A stretch of 62,360 nucleotides of DNA, counting the filler, from Sphacelaria rigidula (Eukaryota): the NCBI GenBank assembly GCA_964200075.2. It is 11 parts of 11 records of this genome, joined end to end, with 100 filler letters (N's around TTAATTAATTAA, not from the genome) between each part and the next. Parts side by side here need not be neighbours in the genome. Positions count along the whole stretch, not along the records: positions 11,359 to 16,936 come from CAXNAA020026154.1; positions 17,037 to 22,614 come from CAXNAA020026155.1; positions 22,715 to 28,292 come from CAXNAA020026156.1; 8 more parts are not named here. One strand, 5' to 3'. Position 1 is the stretch's first letter. Each line of letters opens with the position of its first letter. Positions 12,287 through 25,700 of the stretch are shown here, one piece after another. Position numbers and translations under genes: made by a program. The notes beneath the pieces were generated by a model. That model was given only the letters and a program-made list of their open reading frames with translations. It did not search any database and had not been told where the DNA came from.

Positions 12287-14213
12287 TTGTCCACGTGTGC
12301 CATCCGAATTCATGTACCGATGCTCCTGCGCCCATGGCTTCTACACGAATGCCATTCACAAGCATCGACTCATTTGGGCGCCACTGGGGCCTCCCAGATG
12401 TTGGGACGTTTTTATTGGTGGATTTGTATGAATCGGTGCGCTCATTGGTGGGTTCGGCCTTGTTTCTTGTGCCAAGCGCGCAAGACTTCACGCCAAACAG
12501 TTCGTTGGCCTATTGTTTCCATGCCACTCCCAAACGGGCCTGGGGAAGTAGTTTCGTGGGACTATTTGGTCCTTTGCCCCTGACGGATAGTTGTACTAAG
12601 TATATTTTGTTGTTTGCACATAGATTTATATCACACGCGGTGATTCACGCTGTCCCTGCCAGTAGCTATAACGCGGAAGGTACCGCCAACATTCTTGTAT
12701 ACATGTACATCCCACAGTGGGGTGTGCCCAAACGCTTACTGTCTGACAACGGCCCGCATTTTTCAGGCAAAATAATGGCCGCAGTCAGTGACCTTTTGGG
12801 TGCCCATCGCATTTCACTGGTTAATTCGTATCACCCTTCCACCAATGGTGGAACGGAGCAAATGATCCGTACGATGGCACAGATGCTTGCTGCTGTGGCG
12901 AATGAGAGACAGATGGACTGGGATCTGCATCTACCCCTTGTCCAGATTAACTAAAACAATTCAGTCAACGCCGCTACGGGATTGGCACCGAATGAAATTC
13001 ATATTGGTCGCATACCTTGGTTACCTTTAACGGTATTCGAACGCAAAAATACAGGTGGACATTAGAGTCTCGATCGGGATGTTGTAGAGTATCATTTATC
13101 GGTTAGCCATCGTCTTCGTCTTGCATATGAAGTGGTACGAGAACAGCACCAAATCAATTTGGCGCAGGTCACCGGGGCGAACTCGGTGTTGGATGATGTG
13201 GCATATAACCGCTCGGTGTGGAAGGTAGGCCAATGGGCATGGGTATATAACGATGTAAAGACCATCAACCAAGGGGCTAGCTTAAAATCATCATCTTTGG
13301 ACAAAGTGTCGAAGGCGACAATATCCTTGAATTGGACTGGTCCTTAGGAAATTTTGGCTGTCGGTCCAAGCGCTACCGCACCCGACAAAAGTCCGGTGGG
13401 AGCGAAATTTTTGTTTTTAGATTTCTCCACGGGTGAACCCGGTTTGAAACCGAAAAATTGCGTCTCGATGCTACGATGCAAACCGTGTATCCCCCCTCAT
13501 GACTCCTCGGACATGCCCAAACAACTGCCGCTGGGGCTTAGCCAGTATGTGTTGACCAAGTATGCGGTCAAAACTCCGCCGTATCATATGGCGGTCGAGG
13601 ATGCGGACGCACCCCTGGAACGCGTTGCGGTAGATAGGATTTCGGGCCATCAACTGGTCCGCGGCCGTGGTGGCAAGGTAGCGGTAATGTATCAAACACA
13701 TTGAAAGGGTATAATGCGTGTTACATGGGAGAAGTTGACTTGCGTAATTTTTGTCGGGAAATATTGCTGTACTGGGTAGGAGATGCTGTGCAACACCGCC
13801 CGTTGAATAAGAGATATAGATCTATGCGCAAGGGAGCTGCCGCTCGGGAACTGGCACGTGAGCACTCGGCGCGACTTGTCGTATCAGGCTTATGCCTTCT
13901 TTCGCGCTCACAATGCATGCAGTCTTTTCACGATCAACGTTTGCCGAAGGGGGCGTATTTTTGGTATAAGGCTTTGGATTCACTGTGGTGGTTGGATAAG
14001 ATTCATGTAATCGACCCTGCATCTGACAACTCGTACTTTATCCGTTTCCTCGATGACCCGAGCCCCCTTAAGATTCGCTTGGACGATGCCTACTACACCG
14101 AGGCGCCGACCGCCCGCCGGGGATCCTGGTGCCTCCAACGACACGGCCAAGGCGATCTCGACACAGCCGTTCTAAGCAACACGGACACCGCCTGGGATGC
14201 AGAAGACTCATGA
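12287..14213 (+). mobile_element. Ty3/gypsy integrase-chromodomain-C-terminal domain remnant (stops and frameshifts)
   Basis: Motifs: HVPMLLRPW..CH..THLG..FYWW..CFLCQARK, LLSDNGPHF, YHPSTNGGTE, LNWTGP, GHQLVRGRGGK and RGSWCLQRH. Homologous to 1497-3327 and 48860-50893. Confidence 0.93.
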
Positions 14214-17200
14214 TGCCGTATACGAGTCTGCTTCCTCATTCACCTTGCGTAGTGTACCATGTTCGAGTTGCTTGCCTTGCGCCGTAGCGTCGTTGGACAA
14301 CCATGTGTTCCCCCGTTCCGCCCCTTCATTTTTTTTCCGTACTGCTGTAGCCCCGTCCTTGTAGCGGTTGTATTTTGTATTTTGTATTTTGTGCTTGTTT
14401 CGTTTTGTTTTGGCTTTAGACCCCGTGTCTGTGTTTTGTTTTTGTTTTTTGTCGTTCTGTTTTCTCTTCTTCCTTATTATTATTTTGTCGTCCCGTGTTT
14501 CTGTTTTTTCTATTTTTGTGTTTGATGTATATATATTGTGATTTCTGGGTTCATATATCGAAGTATTACGTGACGACCGTTACATGACGACCGTTCGACA
14601 AACTTTCCTGACCGCGATTCTGGAACACTTGAACCTTCGTCCTCCGCGCCGTACACTCGCGACCATTCCGTACACTGGAACAGTTGTCACGAGTTGTTTC
14701 CTTTTCTTTCTTCTTTGTACGCACCTTTTGTCTTCTTTTGTTTATTATGCTGTTTTTTGTTGTTGCTTGTCTCATCGATCGGGAGTTTCCGGAGCGAGCG
14801 CTAGATATACCTGACCCCCCGTATGGAGTATCAGCGCTCTCGTCCAATCGCTCCGTACACGAATACCACCTCTCTCTTCGGGATCGGTCGTGACGTGTTT
14901 TTTTGTGTGCGTTCCACGGTGGGTTTTATGTTACCATAGGCGGTAGTAACCGAAGGCGAGAGTCCGAAATATTTTTACTTCCTTGTCTGAAACACTTGAC
15001 CCTACTTACTTCGTACACGTGACAACCGCTTCCGTTTACAGGAACGGTCGCCAAGTGTTATTTTTTTGCTTCCTTTAACGGCTATTTTATTTTCTCTGTT
15101 GCCAAGCGTACCCCTGGTTTTGTAGTTGTTTTGGTTTTGGTTTTTGCGTCTATGTTTTGGGAATTTCGCAATGAATGTTCCAACGTTCTACTTTTCTGCG
15201 AGTCCTGCACACGTGCGACCGACCTCGTTTACAGGAAGGGTCACGTGGAATGCGACGCAGCGGATGATTCATAGTATGGTGGTTGGTAAGACACAACGAG
15301 GTCACCACGGACTGCGCCGTACGTAACAATGTTGAGGATATGCCATTGAAGTAGTGGTATATGTGGTTGCAAACGCCTCCTCATACAGGACCATTACGTA
15401 TCATTCTACGATAGATTGCTCCTCCGGAACAGACCGTTCCGCTATGTCGATATTCGACAATTGGTACAGCCTACAGGCTCAGAGTCTGCCACTCGCTATT
15501 TTCTTGCCACTGCTTACACCAATGTTTTGCGTACGGTTACCCGCCCATGAAACCGGTCAGTGGTGTTTTGTTTTCATCAGGGATTATTGGACGAAGTAAC
15601 GTGACGGTCCGGCCAGCTGTGGTTTTTACTCCAGTTTGTGTGCGAGCCAGTCTCATTTGAACGGACAAATACCGTGAGGAGTGGACTGCGTTGGCCCTCT
15701 CTCTCCCGTGTATTTGTCGTGGTTCAGAAATGTGTTGGGTGATTCATCTCGGATCTACGTAGCAGCTCCAGTGGCTGTGTATTGACTCATTACGATTTTT
15801 TTACGTGTACGGATACCCGACCTCAAAAAATGCTGTACGACTGGGTCATCAACCAGACGTCCTCAGCAAGCCGTTGCTCTCACAAACATTTACCGACAGT
15901 TAACTCACGTCAACCGGGTTGATTTGTCCGTATCGTGCGTATTTTGTTTTTTTCAACGTATGGTTTTCCCGGCAAACTACTTTTTTCGCGACGAATCGGC
16001 TGTACGTTGTTGGTTTTTGCTGATTGACTGGGACGAGTGATTGGCATAAAATTGGTTATCGAAGTGATATAATACCTTGGCGGGCTTGCTTGTTTTTCCA
16101 CCGATGAAACTGAAACAAATCGGACTTCCGGATAGAGTGGACTGTTATGTTCATGATATAGTTATGGCAGTGTGATGGCAATGTATGATGATCGTTTCCA
16201 TGATGAGCCCCTGATTTTTTGTGACTATCCCGGAAATGCTCACGGCATTTTGAGGACACCGCATTTTTGGGTATATCGGTTTGATTTTTTTCATGTTTAT
16301 TTTTTATTTTCCATAATTCCCTCTGAGATGCTCACGGATTTCGCGAACACTGTATTCTTTTATCGGTTGATTTTTTTTCTTTTGCTTTGTTTTTGTGCTT
16401 GTGTTTTTTGTGTGTTGGTCGTACCTCATCGCTCCCCGTACCGAAGAATACTTGATCGTCAAAATGAGTCTCAGCTTTCTGTGGTGTGGGAGTGGTGTTT
16501 CTCGATGCAAGTTGGCCCCTTTTGAAAAGGAAATGCACTTGTTACGATCCAGGGTGGTCTATTGTGATGATTTATGACCGCGTGGAAAAATTAAACCAGC
16601 ACAGTGGGATATCACGATCGTTTCACAAACGATCGGCGGGTATGAAGAGATTCTAGTCGAATGTGTCCTTGTAAAGTAGATAATATATAAGTTGTGGGTT
16701 TCGGATATCACTGCTCGTCTTGAAGACTTTGTAGACTGGTCTGCGTATCCTTAGCCGTGCAAATACGCTCCTGCCACTAATCACACGTGGCCAACGGGGG
16801 CTCTGGAGGGTGGAATATCGGACCCTCCAGACCCTCTGCAAGGTACCTTGCCGTGGAGGGTCAGAAAGTTGACCTTGCCAGGGTATAGGTTGGAATCCAT
16901 CTCAGGTCGCAGGCACCTTCAAGGCAATTGTACCATNNNNNNNNNNNNNNNNNNNNNNNNNNNNNNNNNNNNNNNNNNNNTTAATTAATTAANNNNNNNN
17001 NNNNNNNNNNNNNNNNNNNNNNNNNNNNNNNNNNNNGCAATAAATCGATGGAAAGGTACAGGGGCAGGGGGGGGGGGGGGCGTACTCATTGGTTGCTTGC
17101 CTTAGTCATTTGACCATTGACCACGCATCCCTTTAGAGACGGAGAAAAGGTCCAGGGGGGGAGGAGGGTACATGGCCGAGAAGAATGATGGCGAGACGCA

Positions 17201-17219
17201 GTGAGCGGAAAGAGGAAGA

Positions 17220-17720
17220 GGGGGCGGGTGTACTCATGGTATATTGCAAGCCGCAGTCATCATGCCATTGACCTCGCATCCTTACGAGGCCGGGACAGAG
17301 CACGCCGGGTTTCGCCGGAGCACGCTCGTAATCAATCACCATGTATTCAGCGAGCCGCATGCGGGGTGGGCTGCATCTCGAAGATTGCTCAGCCTGAATC
17401 CTACTGATTATATTGCATTTGGATGACAGCCTGCTATGACTTGCTTCGTTCTCTGGTATCGCCTCCTCTAGAGACAGCCACAGCTTTCGCTGCTTTATGG
17501 GATTGTCAGCATTTGAACACTGCGTACGACGAGCATCTCGTGTGCGTGGAGTTGACGTTCTCTACCACGCACAACAGGATCTAGCTCGACCACCCACACG
17601 GCAACATGGTCCAGCAAAAAAAAACGCGAGCGAATCAAAAGCGGTAACTTGGTTGCCTAGCTCATGCAGTGCGTGGCGTGTTCTACAGCGTTGCTGCCAA
17701 CCGACGGCAGAGGGGGGGGG
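17220..17720 (-). mobile_element. Unclassified non-coding interspersed element (A-B-A-C family), diverged copy
   Basis: Colinear similarity with 18911-19461 and with the reverse complement of 32634-33205 (GTACTCATG..CCATTGACCTCGCATCC..GAGCACGCCGGG..CTGGTATCGCC.CT.C.AGAGACAGCC). Confidence 0.75.
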
Positions 17721-18910
17721 AAGGGGTGGCAAACAACCGCCTTGTGTTGAGTGCCAAACTGCCTCCTCGTTGCCGGTTGTTAATTTCCTTCATTGGTGGA
17801 CTGCAAGGAAAAAGTGGGGAACTGCGTCTGACTCAAGTGTTGACGGACGAACACACTAAATTCGTCCAACTGCGACATGCGGAGTAGCTTGTGTGCTGCA
17901 TACATCGGAGTTCGCGGAGTTCATGATGTTCGACAATTCTGTGTTCCACTGCCATTTTTGCCGTTTCAGTATATAGGCACAAGAGCATTGCTCGTGTTGT
18001 TCAACATTGACGTACGGCATACATTTAATCAACGGCACTCCGCCGCGTCCCAGTCTGGAGATGGGTACGCCGACAACAGCTTTGTTCGAGCCAGAGCAAA
18101 ATCGTGCGCTCGGACCTCAATCATGGGTATGGTCTTCGAGGTGATTTATTCCATTTTTTCATCTATTTTTCAGGTCCTCGTCGACCGAAGGTTGATGGGG
18201 AATGGATAGTGGGTTGGAGTTGAATTATTATTTTTTGGAAAAAGGGAACACGATAGGAAGCGGCGACATATGTTCGTGGAAGGTAGCTGGATTTCGGTCA
18301 TGGACGGCGGGAAATGATGGGGATTTCAAAGTAGAATTATGATACAGCACCTGTAGCATGTACGACTCGTTCGAAGTGGGCGTGGTATGGGCGACGTAGC
18401 AGCGCACGCGTGAGGCGGGGATGAATTCGCGTTGGCGAGGAATGATTATGGTAGGGAAGAGCGGGCGGGAACCTGGGCAGGCGATACGGTATGTGCTCAT
18501 AAAATGCCCGTCACCACCTGTTGGCCCCACCATTGAGAGATGAAAGCATTTTCGCCGTGACCTCCGAACGTGCGTGGTGTACGACGTATTACGTGAGGGT
18601 GAGCGACGTTTTGACGTATGTCTGAGAAACGCGGTGAGGATTTTTTTCGAACACCAGTCAAACTGAAGAACAGATTATTAGGAGGGGACGACGATAATAC
18701 AGGAGAGTTGGGAAGTGAAAAAATACATAATATACATTTACATATCAGCTAAAAAGTCGACGAAAGATGCCAATAGGCTGTGCCAGTCTTGATCCAGTTC
18801 TCAACAACAAAGTTCAATGCACGTACACGACGAGGGGAAGAGTGGCTAATATTTCGGCACCACGGAGCGGCAAAATGAAAGTGAGAAGTGGGAGACAAGG
18901 TCGGGGGGCG

Positions 18911-19461
18911 TGGGGGGTGTACTCATGATCATGCATGTCATAGCCATAGGGCCATTGACTTCGTATCCCTACACAGCCGGGACGGAGCACGCCGGCTTTT
19001 CGCCGGACCAAACTCGCGTTCAATCACCACGCGCCAAGCGCCGTGGTGTGTTCGGCGAGTCGTATGACGAGTGAGCTGCATTCTACCAAAATTGTTCTGC
19101 CCCACGCCTACTGATATCTTGCAATTGAACGGCAATCTAAAATGAGTTGCTTCAATTTCTGGTATCGCCACTTCCAGAGACAGCCTCAGCCTTTACACCG
19201 CCTCATGGATGTCTCACAATATAAACACTACGTAGTACAATCATCCCTTGAGTGCGGAGTTGAGGTCATTCCACGCCGCACAACATGATCCAGCTCAACT
19301 ACCTTCATGGCTACCGCAAAAAAAACGCAAGCGCGCGAAACAATCGATGACCTGGCTGCCTGGCCTATGCAGTGAGTGGCGTGTTTTATAGCGTGATCGC
19401 CAACCGACGCCATCCCCATCGGGGGTCCGCCCCTACAAAGCCGGGACGGAACATGTCTGGT
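18911..19461 (-). mobile_element. Unclassified non-coding interspersed element (A-B-A-C family), near-complete copy
   Basis: Both CCCTACA.AGCCGGGACGGA direct-repeat units are present (~18966 and ~19431); reverse-complement homology to 32634-33205. Confidence 0.8.
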
Positions 19462-19621
19462 TGCCGGACGACCTTGAGGGGTGGTGGTGGTGGTATTTAT
19501 TTCTTGTTTGACTTGGTGATTCGACCATTGACCGCGCGTCTCCTCTCAAGACGATCCACCCCATCATATCGCGGGTTCTCATCGGAGATGATGCTCTCTC
19601 AAAAAAACAAACAGCTGAAAA

Positions 19622-20344
19622 AACCGCTTCGTGTTGCCTGGGTGCTATTTCGTCCCCGTGAGAAAGCGGAATTACTCCAGCACATCGAACGGGAACATAG
19701 ACCTCCCGTAGACAACGGTACACGCGAAGGCTCCACACAGAGCCGAGCACAATCAGAGGTGAACCTGAGCAGCGCGTTGCAGTCGCAAACGAGAGCACAC
19801 AGCTCGAGCTGTTGCTGCTCATTAGCTGAGCATGTTGTGCGTAACCGTGCTCAAAGATGTCGAGATTTTAATCAGGTACGATGATTTGTGATAAACGCGC
19901 GCACAGCATACCCATACAAACCGCCAGCAACCGCACGTTTTCGGCTACAGGTGGCGACATCACTAAAAATGACCAGTTTAAAAATCGAGACTCAGTTTCT
20001 CAGATTCCAAAAAATTGACGAAGATTTTTTTCATCATTTCATGGCGAAAATAAGGATGAGAAATTGAGAGATCACGAGGCTCGGCGGATAAGAAATCTGT
20101 CATCGGCACTGCAGCCTTGGATAGTGAGAAACTGGCCCCAGACCCATCAGCATTTTTTCGTTGGTGTTTCGTCTCTAATATACCAGTATGTATCCTATCA
20201 TGTATGTATGATAACAGTATGATACTTCTATTGCGATTTACCCCGGTGTGACTGTTTTCATTTGCAGTTACTCTGCTCTAGTGCTCACCATGTTTTTCGC
20301 TTTCTCACGGGGACGAAATAGCACCCAGGCAACACGAAGCGGTT
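19622..20344. mobile_element. MITE with perfect 47-bp terminal inverted repeats
   Basis: 19622-19668 (AACCGCTTCGTGTTGCCTGGGTGCTATTTCGTCCCCGTGAGAAAGCG) is the exact reverse complement of 20298-20344. No coding capacity and no clear TSD. Confidence 0.85.
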
Positions 20345-20919
20345 GAGTACACGAATTTGAGTCCCCCCGATTTTTTCAAAATCAGGGTCCAAAAAAATCG
20401 GGATTCGTTTGCCATAAAAGTGGGTCTAACGTCCACTTCGAAACCCATCGTATTTTTGGACATGTGCGAAAGTCGGGGTTCGATCTGGACGAAAAATATC
20501 GTCAGCGAGATTCAAACCCGTCGTTGTGGGGGCAATCATTTCTCAAACCTCATGTTTGAACAACCAAAACATGTTTTCTTCGAGAAGATATACGAGCTGG
20601 GAAGGCTTCAAGGATTTTCAAGCTTCACAAGCTTTTGCACGACCCGTTTTGAGGGTTACAACAACGGCCTGTCGAGAGAAAACAATCGGACACGGGGCCC
20701 CGCCCCGCCCCCCCCTGCCCCCTCCCGAAGGAAACCTTTTCGAAACTCATCACTCTTGTTTTTGATTTCCGTTGTTGATATTGTTGGAGGAAGTTGATCA
20801 ACAAACACTGACCAGAACCGAAAAGTTTGGCGGGCTCTGCGAGGTTCGTATATATGCTTCTGCTCCTTGCCCGCCCTGTCCCGATGACCTAGGATACCAG
20901 CAACGCTCACGCACACTCA

Positions 20920-21379
20920 TGTGTGTGTGTGTGTGTGTGTTGTCCCATTTATTCTGGGCGCCAGCCTACACCTTTCGGTATATGTGGGCGCATCAGCCAG
21001 GGTCACACAGGAGGAAGGTCAGCACAGGTGCTTCTTTTTTATTTGTTTTCACTACCCCACCTTCCTTATGCGGTGCTCGCTTTTCTTTTTTTATCGCGAG
21101 AGGGGATCAGCAGCCCCTTTCCCCCTCGTCGACCGTTAACCCTTAGACCGCAAGGTTAGTTTATTGTTGAATCGGTATCAATTTCAAGTGAAAAAAAGTA
21201 TGCATGATCCAGAAAGACTAATCTCGCGGTCTAGGGTAAGTCGAATTCTGTGTACCCACGACATGGTCGCTCTCCGCTGTTGGGCATGTTGTGAGAAAAA
21301 ATCCCAGCTCGCTCCGGATTCGAACCCCAAAACTCAACCGTCGGAAGGTTACGAGGTCACCAACTGAGCCAACGGGGCG
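20920..21379 (-). mobile_element. tRNA-derived SINE, full-length copy with (CA)n tail
   Basis: A-box TGGCTCAGTTGG and B-box GGTTCGAATCC on the minus strand, a conserved body, a 3' tail ...TATACCGAAAGGTGTAGGCTGGCGCCCAGAATAAA, then a microsatellite. Confidence 0.85.
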
Positions 21380-22080
21380 ACCGGGTATGTGCAACACACA
21401 CGGGCGCACGGTAGCGACAGGCTATAGCCAAACTAGCAACATTGTCTCACACCTCGCCGAATTTGCCCCGACTAAGGGTGGGGTAGTCGTGGCACACGAC
21501 ACGGAACATGATCCCATGAATGTAATCATGGTAGTTGATGAGCTCAGAGGGGCTGTGTGTCCGTCGTCTGATCGGTATCCACGCCGAGGATCTCTGTACA
21601 CGGCACCTGACCGCATCCGTTCTGTACACGATAGCCAACACATCCGCCAACGCCTCGGCAATCAACTAGGGGACAGCAGTCTGGATGTCAACCCCCCTCT
21701 GAAACTCGGATTTTCGATCTTGGGGCCCACGTGTCCCGAAACATTTTTTGACAAGACTTCTTGTTACAAACCGAAATTTTGGTACAAAGAGGTAAACCCT
21801 TTTGGGACTGAAGCTCACGAACACCACGTTCACGACGTGTTCGTAAAATAATAACAAACAATTGTGGGAGTGACCTGTCCAACCAGGACGAGGCGAAATT
21901 TATTCACCACATCAGAGCGACCAGTGGGGGGGGGGGGGGGGGGGGTGCGGGAATGATGTACCCCGCAAGTTGGGGTGCCGTGTGTCTGCGCCCCAGAAAA
22001 GCCTCCACAAAAAAAAAAACAAAAGCGAAGGGAGCGCGGCACCACCAGCAACAGGAAGGAGAAACAACCACCCGACCCGG

Positions 22081-22115
<35 letters not shown>

Positions 22116-22714
22116 GTTGCCGGGAATGATATCACTGCAAAGTTGGTGTACCCTGTTCCTGGCCCACAGAAAAGCCTTCCAAGCAAAAAAAAGCCTACAT
22201 TCTCGGGGCTCGGATTCCCGAATTTTTATCATTTACTTGCATTTTATTTAGGCTCGACCTGCCATCCCCCGAATTTTTTTTGGGTCACCATCCCATAGTA
22301 CACCCTAGTTGATAGCACTAACATGTAATGCTCGGGGGAAATTCGGGAATAAATGTACCCCGCTATATATGTGGTCATGTTCACAAGGCGACTGAATCTG
22401 GCATTGCTGTGGGCCGAGAGACGGAGCTAGAGGCATGAGTTCTGCGTATCCCTCTGTCGAAGTGGTACAAGCGGCGGTGAGGTCGTATGTAGTCGACGGT
22501 AACGAACTTGTGTGTAGGCAGCTGATCTCTGTCGCGGAGAATTGCCCAGAAGATGTGAGGGAGTATGCAGCGGCAGCTGCTGCTGCATGCGGAAGAGCGT
22601 GCTGCAATATACTCNNNNNNNNNNNNNNNNNNNNNNNNNNNNNNNNNNNNNNNNNNNNTTAATTAATTAANNNNNNNNNNNNNNNNNNNNNNNNNNNNNN
22701 NNNNNNNNNNNNNN

Positions 22715-25700
22715 CAGAATCTTCTGGGCTGCCTTCCAGTGGCTCTTCTTTGGCTCGTGAGAGTGCCTCGCCACCGCCCGCACAGCATTCGAGATGTCGG
22801 GCCTTGTCTGGTTGGCGATCCACATCAGGCTCCCCACCACCTCTCGGAACGGCACATCTCCTGCCCCCCCCATCCTCCATCAAGGACCTGTTATCGTTGG
22901 CAAGGGAAGCAGAGATTGAGCTGGTGCGAGAAATGTTGAATCTCTCGAGAACGCTCCTACTTTCTTGAGAGATCTCAATCGTGCCAGCCTCGCGGTCGCG
23001 AATAAATGCGCAACCAAGAAAGAACTTGACCTCACCCAAATTCTTCGTAGGAAGAGAGTCGCCTAGCGATTTCACTACCACCTTGGCAGGACTCATAGTT
23101 CCTGCATACAGTATTTCATCCACGTGAATCATGAGCATACCTACCACCTCGTCTCCCATCATGAAAAGCAGGACACAGGGGTCAGACAGAGACTGCTGGA
23201 AACCGATCCTTTTCGGGTCCGACACTAGCCTCTTGTAAAATGTTCTAGATGCCTGCATCAATCCGTACAAGTTCTTGTTCAAACGCACAACCTTTCCTGA
23301 CATCGAACCGCAGCCAGGGAGCAATTTCATGAACACCTCATGATCCAATACCGACTGAAAAAACGCTTGCTCAATATCCCAGTGGAGTAATTCCAAGTTG
23401 TACTTGCACGCCAACGCTACTAGCAATCGCATCGATACAGCATTTGCAGTTGGCGAGAAATTTCAAGATAGTCCACACCATACTTCTGCTTGAAGCCCGT
23501 CGCTACAAGCCTTGCCTTGGCCTTCACTATCTTCCGTATTTCGTCTGCTTTGTATTTGAAAACCTATCTAGCATCAATCACATTACAGCCTACTGGGATC
23601 TTCACTGCGAACGTGAACGTTCCTGCTCTTATCAAGCCTTCAACTTTTGCAGACATGGCTCTATCTCAAATCTTCGCGTGCTTCGATTGCCGGGCTTCTC
23701 GATAGCTACCAGGCTCTGACTCAACATTCTGAACGAGTTTGCGCACGAGTTCTACCTTCTCTTACTTCATCATTCTCACGCGCATCAGTATTAAAAGTAG
23801 CAAGCGACATGCTGCGGACGACGAGTGGCTGAAGGAGGAGCCTCCGCCTCTACTTCCTGCTCTCCCGGCCCAATCGGCTCTACATCACCATGCCCTCCCG
23901 GTCCAATCGACTTTACCTCATCATCCCCTCCCGGATCCGCCGTTTCTACTTCCCCTGTCTCCAGCCCTCCCTGCCCCCCCCCGTCTATCTCAAGTGGTGA
24001 AGAAGACACGGAGGGAACCGTCATAGTACAGGAGTTGTTACGGGCGAAGACGGTATAGAGGGGGAAGATGGAACAGAAGGGGGCTGGCCTACACTGCCTG
24101 CATCAACACTGCCAACCTCATCGAATCCTGCACCACGGGGTAACACTGCATCGCGATTCACACGAATACGAATGTGTTGAATTCCCCTTCCTGTAAGCGG
24201 CCATACTTCAGCTTCTACATCGTCGTCACTTTCCTCCCCTCCCTCTTCCGCGATCTCAATCGGCAGAGGAGGCTGCGGTGGAGGGAGCTGTGACGGCAAC
24301 GCCTCTCACGTCACATCTCTCGTTTCCTGAATAATCCCAGCCCTCGTAAGTATTCTTTGACAATCACGCGGGTGGTCTCTCGAAGGACCGACATAAAAGC
24401 AACTCTCACCTTTCGGTAGCAGCTTAGACGGCCGCTGCCACCTGCAGTAAGCCGGCTTCAAAAAACGGATACGGTCTAGCAGGATGAGGTTCTCCATACC
24501 ACATCTCATACAGCGACTTAAAGTCAGGGTTAGCAGAGCACGCTGTGTGGTTAAGTACCTCGCAAGCCCAGTGCATTCCCACAGCCCAGAGTCTGTCAGT
24601 CTTGGATAACTGCGCATGTCCAAATAGAACTTTCGCCTAAATACGAGCCGCCATAGCGGCCTCCTCAATCAATCCCAATCCACGCACTGCAACACCGTTA
24701 TATTGGGGACTGTAAGCCGAGGTGAAGTCTTGTTTGATCAAAAGCTCATTTCACACGGATGCAAATTCCCCCCCGAAAAACTCCCCTCCACTGTCAGATC
24801 TAGTGATCTCAACCAATGATGGGATTCCATCAGCACGCACACTAGCAAGAAAACTTCGGAAAGCACTCCCAGCGTCTGATTCACTTCTCAGGAAATACAT
24901 CCATACACGCCTTGTGAAATCATCCTTCACAACCATGGGGTATTGTTTACCCCCTACGGACGCAACGTCCTTCCTCCCTCCCAGGTCAACAAAAACTTTG
25001 CCCAACTTTTTATCTGATCTACGTTTAGTTTCATGAGCAATTCCTTTCCTACGACATCGAACATCCCGTACAAGCATGCACGTCACCGGTCAACTCGGTA
25101 CCTCGTTGTTTTACAGTATTACGAAGTAATCCCTCGTGTAAATGAGCATAAATGTTATGGAACTCGTTCACATCCATCTTCTTTTCATGCTTGGGGTTCG
25201 AAGGAGTGAGGGCAGCCAACGCCGAACTAACAGAGTCATCTTCCAGACGATACGCAGTCGCAATTAGCATGCCACTGAAGTTCTGAAAAGTAACATGTCC
25301 GTCGTAAGCAGTCATCACACCATCAAGACCACCAAGACCATTCCATGACCTGCCATCAAACTCTGCGCTGGGGGGAAAGATGTTATACTCTAAGTTGGGA
25401 GAGCACAACACGTTCTCCAACTCTACGGAAAATTCGCTGTCAGCAGTCACAAACACCAGCTCCAGTGTTCCAGAAAGTGCTACCTCATAAGTCACGCCAC
25501 CAATCCCGTTTACGTTCTTGTGGCAAGGCTTTACATCCTTCGTACAATAGAGAGAATCAGTCATGTGGAACGCAGTACCCATGTCTGCATACCAATCTTC
25601 GACACACCTATCCTTCCTTACAAGAGAAGAGAATTCACGAACAGCATCATCACTGAACAAGCATTCACGCAGCATGGCATCGTAAAATGCCGCCAGACAC

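Noticed and set aside
21830..22298. Poly-Gly/poly-Pro ORFs
   Set aside because: Produced by G homopolymers inside non-coding repeats.
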